DNA from: Promethearchaeota archaeon
GTDB lineage: Archaea; Asgardarchaeota; Lokiarchaeia; Sigyniarchaeales; SOKP01
Assembly: GCA_048938445.1 (NCBI GenBank)
Contig: JBHLME010000117.1
Location: 1-14,046 of the forward strand
Reading direction: 5' to 3'
DNA: 14,046 nt
Below the pieces are notes generated by a model. The model was not told the origin of the DNA, made no database searches, and worked only from the letters and a program-made list of their open reading frames with translations. Positions 1 to 7,864 of this stretch are shown here, piece after piece. Positions within the stretch are counted from its first letter, which is position 1. Each line of letters starts with the position of its first letter. A program made the translations under genes and the position numbers.

Positions 1-275
1 AAACTGTTAATATATACTGAAGCTAATACGCTATAAATTAAAGTTTTAGCGTACTTTTTATCATAAGCTATATATAGTACCCCCATTATCAAGATAAGAA
101 CAAAAGCTTCTCCCATATAAGTAATAATGAAAAAAATCCACTGTATTATGATATTATCAATATAGAATTCAGTATTTAAAGTAAAAATGAGTATGAGGCC
201 TATTGAAAAGATTAAAATCCAAATGATTCCAATGATAATGAGTGCTCTTTTTTATAATCTATTTTCTAATTTCAT
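1..275 (-). pseudogene. 5' part of a PAP2-family-like membrane phosphatase gene with an in-frame TAA at codon 8; runs off the left edge
   Basis: Manual translation from ATG 275: MKLENRL*KRALIIIGIIWILIFSIGLILIFTLNTEFYIDNIIIQWIFFIITYMGEAFVLILIMGVLYIAYDKKYAKTLIYSVLASVYINS. TAA is at 254-252 and the frame is then open to the window edge. The pattern 'IT.MGE...Y...DKK.A..L....L.S..IN' resembles the PAP2 region before the KxxxxxxRP motif, which would lie outside the window. Confidence 0.55.
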
Positions 276-446
276 TTGTTATCTCTTTTTTTTATTTATT
301 AAAAATTAAATTTTTGAAATTAATAACAAATGATTGAATTTAAATCATATTTATCATAAAAAAATTGAATAATTATTGTATTAATGATTAACATGATGCC
401 TTATAAAATTCAATAAGATAATTTATTTGTATTAAAATAAAAGAAT

Positions 447-1085
447 TTAATCCACTTTTATATCTGTTTGTTTTTCATGAATTTTTTTTAACTTAACTTC
501 AAGTATACCATTTTGATAACGTGCTTTTGCATAATCTGAATTAATGGCTACTGGTAATTCTATTTCTTTATAATATCTCCTACCAGGTTCACCAGATTTT
601 GTAGAAATTGTTAATGAATGGGTTGTAGCTTTTAATTCTATATCTTCTTTCGTAACACCAGGCATTTCAGCAATTACAATTATTTGACTTGGTTCCACAT
701 TAATATCCACCAAAGGTTCTCTTACTCCCGCATCAACCTCTGTTGTCCCTTGTTTTCTACCAGAAGGTCTTATATTACCAAAGGAGTCTATTATTGGTGT
801 TCCATCTGGACGAAAATTTATATTGAAACCTGCAACAAAGGGGCTTCCAGGAAAGATTTTTGACTTATTTTTCATGAACCATTTACGAACCTCATCAGGA
901 TCTACATTTTGCATGTTTTGAGGTAAAAATTCAGAGATCTTTTTATATACTTCCCTAAACATTTGTTGGAATTCTTTTGACTTAAATAAATCACCTTCTA
1001 ACATTTTGAAGAAATCGAAAGGATTGTTAAAATTTTCATTCTCCTCATCTTCTTCTTCATCGTCTTCATTATCTCTTTTTGGCAT
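447..1085 (-). CDS. hsp20: Archaeal small heat shock protein Hsp20 (alpha-crystallin domain)
   Basis: 212 aa. Archaeal Hsp20 motifs GF...F.PDG.P.I..FGNI, REPLVD, VIAEMPGV.KEDI, YYKEIELP and A.Y.NGILEV.L, plus a C-terminal IxV motif (IKVD). Confidence 0.95.
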   Translation of the reverse strand: MPKRDNEDDEEEDEENENFNNPFDFFKMLEGDLFKSKEFQQMFREVYKKISEFLPQNMQNVDPDEVRKWFMKNKSKIFPGSPFVAGFNINFRPDGTPIIDSFGNIRPSGRKQGTTEVDAGVREPLVDINVEPSQIIVIAEMPGVTKEDIELKATTHSLTISTKSGEPGRRYYKEIELPVAINSDYAKARYQNGILEVKLKKIHEKQTDIKVD

Positions 1086-1171
1086 TTTCTTTTTTTTCTT
1101 TAAAAAGTTTAATTCATTCTACTTTGTGTCTTAAAATATCATTATATTTAATAATATTACGTTCATTTTTT

Positions 1172-1207
1172 TTAAGAAATTTTCTTAATGTTTCTATATA
1201 GTAACAT
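1172..1207. promoter_or_regulatory. Two abutting palindromes upstream of hsp20; candidate operator
   Basis: TTAAGAAA-T-TTTCTTAA (1172-1188) is a perfect 8-bp inverted repeat. ATGTTTCTATATAGTAACAT (1188-1207) is a palindrome with one mismatched pair. They lie about 90-120 bp upstream of the hsp20 ATG. Confidence 0.3.
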
Positions 1208-1383
1208 ATCAACCGTATTTTTATGCTTAATTTTTCCTGCTATATGTCCACTCCTCTCCTCAAATCTTCAAGCTATCGAAGATTTATTTATCTATATTAT
1301 TTCTGATCTAATTGATATAAATAATATCTCTTTTATTTGAATCATAATATGCTTCTGAAGAAGGTAAATTTTATCAATATTTA

Positions 1384-1758
1384 TTAATCTATAAGCAATT
1401 TCTTGAGTTTTTCATGTAAATCCCAAAAATATTTCGAATATCTTTTAGAAGGGAGTTTCCCCTCAAGAATAATGATAACCAACGTATATTGATTCCCCAA
1501 ATAGTGAAAGCATACGTATACATCAGAATCATCAAAAAATTTAACAATTTCCCCTATAAAACATGGATCCCCCCGTGCAAATTCAATATCAAAGTCTAAA
1601 TACTTCAACATCTCAGGATCTCTTGACGTAGAATAGAGAATTTCTTGCTTGTCATTGAGAATAACCACGGCTCCAACTTTTATCTCTGGATCGGGATTAA
1701 ATTCTAATATATCATAAATTTTTTCACTTAAACCTGGAAAGGAGTCACTTTTTTTCAT
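1384..1758 (-). CDS. Hypothetical protein, possible roadblock/profilin/longin-like fold
   Basis: 124 aa, with AGGAG just upstream of the ATG. The pattern is helix, beta-hairpin (VGAVVILNDKQEILYST), helix, strands (VYVCFHY, YTLVIII) and a C-terminal amphipathic helix. The fold is inferred. Confidence 0.7.
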   Translation of the reverse strand: MKKSDSFPGLSEKIYDILEFNPDPEIKVGAVVILNDKQEILYSTSRDPEMLKYLDFDIEFARGDPCFIGEIVKFFDDSDVYVCFHYLGNQYTLVIIILEGKLPSKRYSKYFWDLHEKLKKLLID

Positions 1759-2328
1759 AATTTTTCTCCTATATCTATTCTATTTTATTTTTATGAAATC
1801 CATCTTTATTTTTTTATATCATTCGTTGTTTGGAAGCATTATTAAAATATTAAAAAAAATCTAATTATGATTTTTTAGTATTTTGATTTTTAAAAATGTA
1901 TAATAATTAGATATAGTATTTCAGATTTGAAATTAAAAAAGGGGTGAATATATCTAACAAAAATATAGGGGACCGATAAGGGAATTTCTTAATTGACCAT
2001 CTAAATCTTGATTCCTTGTTTTTGGAAAAATAATAGCTGATATTTATCTACTATATGGTGTGATGATTATCCGAAGCTATTATTGCTTTTTAAATATTTA
2101 ATTTAAATTAGAGTTCTTTAGCTATTCTAAGGTTAGAGAAATTAATTACATTATTATTTTAAAAAAAGCAAAATAATAACCAAAGAAATAGATTAAATTA
2201 TAAATTAAGGAAAAATATTAATAATAATTAATTAATAATAAAAATAGCAAAATAGCAATTATACTATTAAAATATTATTCTAAATAAAGAAAAATTACTC
2301 AAAGTATAAAAGTTTAGAGGAAAAAAAC

Positions 2329-4137
2329 ATGTATTCAGAACTTTCGGATGACGACAAAAATATGTATTTAGATGTGTTAAGAGACGCACCCATCATGCCT
2401 TTTACCAATTTCGTAAGTCGAGGTGATATAAAAGATAAAGTCGATATTTCAAGACCTCGAAGCGTCATTGATAGAGAGGTTTACCGATTAGTAAAACAAA
2501 CTGCTCAAGATAAATCATCACGTTTAATTCCAATTCTGGGATCAGCAGGAACAGGTAAAACACACGCCTATCATTCTTTTAAGGACAAGGAAGAGGAGAA
2601 CAGGAAAAAACTTGAACAAACGGAGGAAATTGAAGTTGCTCAAATGGAACCCGTGAATTGGACTATAATTTATGTACCAAGCCCTCCTGCAAGTATTCGT
2701 GTTTTACTGCATGTATATACTTGTCTTATAGAAGATGTAGGTCCAGAAATCTTGGATAGAGTTTCATATAATCTCGTGGAAGAGTGGAAAGAAAAATTAG
2801 CAAAAAAGGGGATTTTTCAAAAGCCTAAAATTGAGGAAGTAATCCAAATAGGGATAAGAGAATTTCCTGGAGTATTTGCTGATTGTGTAAAAGCATTAGT
2901 TACCTTCCAAATGGATAAAAATAAAAAAGCTCTATCAGAACGATGGCTTTTGGGTGAAGATCTAGAGCCCGAAGAGTTAAGTGACCTGGGAATTAATTCG
3001 GTTATTGAAGAGGATGATATATGTCTTGCCATGATTAAAATCATTACAGAAAAGATAGATCGAGTTCTTATTTTCTATTTTGATGAGCTTGAATCTCCTT
3101 ATAGAATGCATGGTGAAATTGCTGAACGCAAATTTCTTGAAATATTAAAGCGGTTGTATAATGAAGTAAAAGGATTAGTCATTATTATTGCTGTATTAAA
3201 AGAAATTTGGCCGAGAATTTTAGAAATAGCTGATGATCCATTGAGGAGTAGGATGGAACCAGAGGAAGAATTAAAACCTTTTAGTCTAAATGATTTAAAA
3301 ATATTCTTTTCAAAATCAATGGAAGTCTTCTGGGATGATAACAATCTTAGCCCACCCCTCTATCCGCTATTCCCTTTAAATGAAAAATTAATTGAAATGA
3401 TCTATGAAAAAACTAAAGGAAATCAAAGAAATTCCATAAAACTCTGTAAAAGATTCATTGACATGATTGTAATGGAAGAGATGACTGTAGATGAATTATT
3501 GCAGGCAGGAGTAGAGATTATTGCCACAGCAAAACCACCAGTTGAAGCTGAAGAAGTTGTTGATTTCTCAAAACCAAGAGAAGTAACTAAAGCGACGATT
3601 GAAGATATTCTCAATCAAGAAGAATATGTCATTAATGTTAATCCTCAAAGTGTAGCAGGAGCAGCTTTAAAATGTATTATTAAGATTGGAGAAGATAAAG
3701 GAAAGAAATTCAAGCATGAAATGGAATATAAATTTAAAATTGGGAAGAAGAGCCAAACATTGGCTGCCTTGATTGAATATGATAAGAAGAGATGGGGTAT
3801 GGTCATACCTTCATGTAAAACATTTGATAGAAGTGCTGGAGTTGCCGGATACTATGCAGCTAAAAGATTAAAAGATGCCATGAATGAGAAAGCAATAGAT
3901 GAGGGAATTTTAATCGTGCCTGAAGGGAGCGGTGGAGCCAAATTTGAGTTGATTTTAAATGATAATCCAGAAATTCATAAAGTTGTATTAAACAATGAAA
4001 TGGGAGAAGATTTAATAGCAAATGCATTGAAATATCCTACAAAAGAAGGATGGGAAATTGCAAAGATTGTTTTTAAAGATATTGGTGATTATGTCCCACC
4101 AGTTGTAGAAGAAGATACAACTCAAAATGAAGATTAA
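2329..4137 (+). CDS. P-loop NTPase (AAA+-like) with an extra C-terminal alpha/beta domain
   Basis: 602 aa, GAGG upstream. Walker A is GSAGTGKT, Walker B is LIFYFDELE, the likely arginine finger is PLRSRM and a sensor-2-like motif is GNQR. Confidence 0.88.
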   Translation: MYSELSDDDKNMYLDVLRDAPIMPFTNFVSRGDIKDKVDISRPRSVIDREVYRLVKQTAQDKSSRLIPILGSAGTGKTHAYHSFKDKEEENRKKLEQTEEIEVAQMEPVNWTIIYVPSPPASIRVLLHVYTCLIEDVGPEILDRVSYNLVEEWKEKLAKKGIFQKPKIEEVIQIGIREFPGVFADCVKALVTFQMDKNKKALSERWLLGEDLEPEELSDLGINSVIEEDDICLAMIKIITEKIDRVLIFYFDELESPYRMHGEIAERKFLEILKRLYNEVKGLVIIIAVLKEIWPRILEIADDPLRSRMEPEEELKPFSLNDLKIFFSKSMEVFWDDNNLSPPLYPLFPLNEKLIEMIYEKTKGNQRNSIKLCKRFIDMIVMEEMTVDELLQAGVEIIATAKPPVEAEEVVDFSKPREVTKATIEDILNQEEYVINVNPQSVAGAALKCIIKIGEDKGKKFKHEMEYKFKIGKKSQTLAALIEYDKKRWGMVIPSCKTFDRSAGVAGYYAAKRLKDAMNEKAIDEGILIVPEGSGGAKFELILNDNPEIHKVVLNNEMGEDLIANALKYPTKEGWEIAKIVFKDIGDYVPPVVEEDTTQNED

Positions 4138-4144
4138 TAAATAA

Positions 4145-4166
4145 TTTATTTATTCTATTTCTTTCT
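4145..4166 (+). terminator. Putative archaeal oligo-T terminator after the ATPase gene
   Basis: Pyrimidine/T-rich tract (tttatttattctatttctttct) in the short gap between convergent genes. Confidence 0.35.
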
Positions 4167-5096
4167 TTATATTTTAGAGCCCAGATTTTTCAAATTCTCA
4201 TTTAAATCATATAATTTAGTCGCAAGTTTATAAGCTTCTTTTGTGTCCTCCATTAATTCATTAAAAAGTTTCAACAAATTATCATCTTCAACAAGGTTAG
4301 AAATATAAGCAACTCGCTCAATTGCAGGTAAGACAACTTCATAAGATTTTTTCAATTGAGCAGATACTGTTAATTCTGTAAATGCCCTTTTTACTTCTTT
4401 CAAATATGCTTCACGTTCTTTGAGTAAATCTGGAAAAGTACCAACTTTTTCTCCTTTATTTTGCAGAAATGCCACGATTTCATCCTCTTGAATCAGCGCT
4501 GCCAGCTCTGCTGCTTTCTCAAAGCTCTTTTTAGCTTTCTTAAAATCATTTTCTCTAAAATATTTATCTGCAAGTTGTATTTCTTGGGCTAATTTTAAAG
4601 GGATTTTTTCACCTAATTCTATGAGCTCCCGTGCTTCTTTCAAGTTCCCATTGTCGAGCATTTTTTTTGTTTTTTCATTTATCGTCTCAATGATTAATTT
4701 TGGTTCCTTTAATTTTTCTAACAAGCTTAAAATGGAAGATAAATGATCCTTGAGTAAATTTGTCATGCTTCTTCTATTATCTGAGAAATTTTCAATGATT
4801 TTTTCCTCAGATTTCTCAAAAATGCTCTTTAACGAGATTAAATCTTCATTCTCTAGGAGGATAAATCCTAGATATAAATTATCTTTTCCTATTGATTTAG
4901 CATCGATTTTACTTGAATAATATCTAATATCATTCTTTTTTACTGTAGCATCTACTAATTCCTTTTCAACATGTTTTTCTATGAATTCTTTCAATATTTC
5001 TTGTGAAAGTTTTATATTAGATAAATAATACTCTGCGATAATATTTGGTCCAAAAGATTCGTCAATTTCATATAAAAAAATAGCATTAGGAGACAT
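4167..5096 (-). CDS. Hypothetical protein: N-terminal longin/uDENN-like domain plus a helical (TPR/coiled-coil-like) C-terminus
   Basis: 309 aa. The N-terminus AIFLYEIDESFGPNIIAEY resembles the 'hhhh.FD...GP.h' start of uDENN/longin domains. The C-terminal segment ADKYFRENDFKKAKKSFEKAAELA is TPR-like. Confidence 0.75.
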   Translation of the reverse strand: MSPNAIFLYEIDESFGPNIIAEYYLSNIKLSQEILKEFIEKHVEKELVDATVKKNDIRYYSSKIDAKSIGKDNLYLGFILLENEDLISLKSIFEKSEEKIIENFSDNRRSMTNLLKDHLSSILSLLEKLKEPKLIIETINEKTKKMLDNGNLKEARELIELGEKIPLKLAQEIQLADKYFRENDFKKAKKSFEKAAELAALIQEDEIVAFLQNKGEKVGTFPDLLKEREAYLKEVKRAFTELTVSAQLKKSYEVVLPAIERVAYISNLVEDDNLLKLFNELMEDTKEAYKLATKLYDLNENLKNLGSKI

Positions 5097-5254
5097 TATT
5101 TTTCTTACCGATTACTCTTCTTTTTAATAGATTAATATCTTATTAATAAGCACTCAATTTTAAATTTTTATTTTAAAATATCCTAATATAGCATTGAATT
5201 TAAAAAATAACTTAAACAATTATATAAACAAATTATCCAAGGAGGAATTCTATA

Positions 5255-6367
5255 TTAGGTTAAAAGTTCTACTAAAAATATAGGAAATTCTTTCTCTTCA
5301 TCCAATATCTCAAGACATTTAATATTCCACTCACCAAAAATCTGGTAATTTACAATTCCTAGTTTTTGTTTAATATCATCTTTATTAATTTTTTTTTTTT
5401 TCAAATAATATTCATGTATAATGAAATCATTATAACGTAAATATAATTGAACAAATCTAGAACCTTTATGGAATTTTATTACTATGTCTTTTAAGCTTTC
5501 AGTAAAAGAAGGAGTGAGCTCTTTTAATGGATTAAAAGTAATTTCATTAGTATTTTTAACTCCTTCAATTTCTCTCATTTTTATAAAGATTTTTTTTTTA
5601 AACTCAATATTTCCTATCAATTTTTGTTCGATATAACCATTAAAATGATGTTTTGATAAATGGATTGTTAAACCTGCAATTTCAGTGATAGTTACCAAAG
5701 TATATAGAAAAATTTGAAAAAATAAATAGTTAAGTAATGTAATTTTTTCTTTTTCTTTAGAATTTTTTTGATTCTCTTTAATTTTATTGTATAAAATCCT
5801 CAATTGCTTTATCCGTAAAAAAGGATCAATTTCAAGGAAGCAATTAGAAAATTTAGATGTTATCTCTTTAGAAAATGAATCTTGATTTTTGTATAAGTCT
5901 AAAATTATTTTATAAACATTTAAACTGAAGCTACCAAAATTATTTTGTTTTATTTTTTTTTGAAAAGATGAGCTTGCTTGTAATCGGATATCAAATTTAT
6001 CAGCAAATTGTTGTACTGTTTCTGATACACTTTCTCTTAAAATTAATAGATAATCAATTTTAAGGATAGTTGCTACTCCTTTCATTCTTAGTATTTGTGA
6101 GAAAATACTTTCTGATCTATGTTTGCAATCAATTAAAAAAGTCTTTTTCTCTAAAAATTTTCCAAAAATTATTCCATAACAATCTAAATCTGTTACTTCT
6201 AATTTATCTAAGCTCTCATATAATCTCTCTCCATTTTGGGAGATTTTATATCTAATCGCATAAAGTTTTAATCTAGGAAAAACTAAATATCCATGATCCC
6301 ATAAAAATTGATGTGCGTCTCTTTCTAATTTTAAACCTTTAATTTGATCATCAGTAAAAACACTCAT
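5255..6367 (-). CDS. PD-(D/E)xK restriction-endonuclease-like protein with a helical C-terminal domain
   Basis: 370 aa. Motif I helix is G..LE(15)...FL...GY.V, motif II is TD(60)LD(62) and motif III is LID(80)CK(82). The start overlaps the upstream stop by 4 bp (ATGA, 6364-6367). Confidence 0.82.
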   Translation of the reverse strand: MSVFTDDQIKGLKLERDAHQFLWDHGYLVFPRLKLYAIRYKISQNGERLYESLDKLEVTDLDCYGIIFGKFLEKKTFLIDCKHRSESIFSQILRMKGVATILKIDYLLILRESVSETVQQFADKFDIRLQASSSFQKKIKQNNFGSFSLNVYKIILDLYKNQDSFSKEITSKFSNCFLEIDPFLRIKQLRILYNKIKENQKNSKEKEKITLLNYLFFQIFLYTLVTITEIAGLTIHLSKHHFNGYIEQKLIGNIEFKKKIFIKMREIEGVKNTNEITFNPLKELTPSFTESLKDIVIKFHKGSRFVQLYLRYNDFIIHEYYLKKKKINKDDIKQKLGIVNYQIFGEWNIKCLEILDEEKEFPIFLVELLT

Positions 6368-7584
6368 CCATAATCCCTCAATAATTTTTTTAAATCAATA
6401 CAATGATTTTTAATATCTTCTGAGTTTGAAAAACGAGCTCTATAACCTGCAGCATCAGACAACCACGTCGGAGAATTTTTAACACTTCCAACACTATAAT
6501 CGAATGATTTATTTAGAATTTCATTTGATTCTTTTAATGTTTCTGATTTTAAACTAATCATACGTTTTCTATTAGATGTACTTCCTTCTACTATCTTAAT
6601 AACCCCTTTAACTTCAAGTGGGAAATAATTTAGACCAATATTAGTTGCATTTCCAGCGGTCCCATTATTTACCAATTTATTTAAAAATGCTGGTGGATTT
6701 TCCAATCTACCAAGATTTTTAACAGCATAGACTTCGTTAAATCGAAAATATGCAGCAGTTTCATAAGATAAATCACCATTTTCTAAATCTTTTGGATTGG
6801 TGAATAAAAAATATTTTGTAGTAGCATTAGGCAAAATGACAGGTACAGGTAATAAAACACCTTTAAAGGCACCTTCAATAATTGCATTCTGAATCCTACT
6901 ATCTATAGATTCTAATGGAAATGCGGGAGAAACATTAATTTTTTCAATTTCTTCAATTATTTTATTAGAAGCAATGTCAAATTCACTAAATAAATCTAAA
7001 GTGTCGGAACTAATATTTTTAAATAATGTTTGAGTATAATAATAACTTGATTTTTGAATTATTAATCCTAAATTTTTACAAATATCAAGAATTTTTTTCA
7101 AATTAATTTCATCTTTTACTTCTTTATTGAGAATTTCAAATTTTTTTGGGATTATTGCAGAAATTAAAACCTTGATAAAATTTTTTTGAGAATCATCTAA
7201 TAATCCTTTTTTATCATAATCTTTCCAGATTTTTTCACATAAATTAACTACTTCTTTATAGGATTTTAATTTAACTAAAAAAACACCTTCATTACTTAAT
7301 GATATTTTAGGATCTTCTCCATTTTCTTGATATCTCTCAATTAATCTATCAATCTGATAAATTCCATTCATTGCAGCTAATTTCCTAAAAATGTTTATGG
7401 GAATTTGTTCATACTTTTCATCTCTAACTAAGGCTTCTAAGAAAAATCCAATTTTACCAATATGAGTCAATTCATTATAGTTATATAATAAATCTTCTCT
7501 TTTTTTCTCCCAAATTGCAGATACTAGGTCCATACAGATTTCAAGAATGGTTCTAAAATCAGTATTTTCGATTAAATCTTCCAA
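6364..7584 (-). CDS. Hypothetical protein, coupled partner of the nuclease; possibly several winged-helix-like modules
   Basis: 406-aa ORF with a TTG start preceded by an SD-like GTGAT. Several helix-then-G-hh-strand segments (CKNLGLII, AFKGVLL, LEVKGVIKI) suggest wHTH wings. No catalytic motif recognised. Confidence 0.8.
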   Translation of the reverse strand: MEDLIENTDFRTILEICMDLVSAIWEKKREDLLYNYNELTHIGKIGFFLEALVRDEKYEQIPINIFRKLAAMNGIYQIDRLIERYQENGEDPKISLSNEGVFLVKLKSYKEVVNLCEKIWKDYDKKGLLDDSQKNFIKVLISAIIPKKFEILNKEVKDEINLKKILDICKNLGLIIQKSSYYYTQTLFKNISSDTLDLFSEFDIASNKIIEEIEKINVSPAFPLESIDSRIQNAIIEGAFKGVLLPVPVILPNATTKYFLFTNPKDLENGDLSYETAAYFRFNEVYAVKNLGRLENPPAFLNKLVNNGTAGNATNIGLNYFPLEVKGVIKIVEGSTSNRKRMISLKSETLKESNEILNKSFDYSVGSVKNSPTWLSDAAGYRARFSNSEDIKNHCIDLKKLLRDYG

Positions 7585-7864
7585 AAGATATCACTTTATT
7601 ATTATCTTTAAATTTTTGCCAGATTCGAAAATATAATAATTATCATTTAAAATTTATATGTTTTGAAAAAAACTACATAGGGACTTAATAAAATATTTTC
7701 TATTTAATTCATTTTTCAAAAAAAAAATTATGACTCCCTTAGGTTATAAATTTTAAAATCAATTAGCTATACTATGAAATCAAATATAAAAAAATTAAAC
7801 ATTTTTAAAAATCAAAAAATATAATCTTATGAATTATAAAAATAGATAAAAACAGAGTCTTATT

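Noticed and set aside
1176-1184. Eukaryotic heat-shock element (nGAAnnTTCn) upstream of hsp20
   Set aside because: The spacing is GAA-nnn-TTC rather than GAA-nn-TTC.
1200-1380. Possible small ORF or gene remnant between hsp20 and the 124-aa gene
   Set aside because: I found only short open stretches, with no recognisable protein similarity.
2029-2084. SECIS element
   Set aside because: It is not in the 3' region of a gene, no in-frame TGA selenoprotein is nearby, and no clear AUGA/GA quartet with an apical AA is present.
2241-2258. Short tandem repeat AAAATAGC x2 upstream of the ATPase
   Set aside because: Only two copies in very A-rich DNA; plausible by chance.
2817-3614. Three short minus-strand ORFs (75, 81 and 63 aa)
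   Set aside because: Antisense shadows inside the ATPase gene, Ser/Ile-rich and without motifs.
6070-6255. 61-aa plus-strand ORF
   Set aside because: Antisense to the nuclease gene; low-complexity Leu/Phe composition expected from AT-rich DNA.
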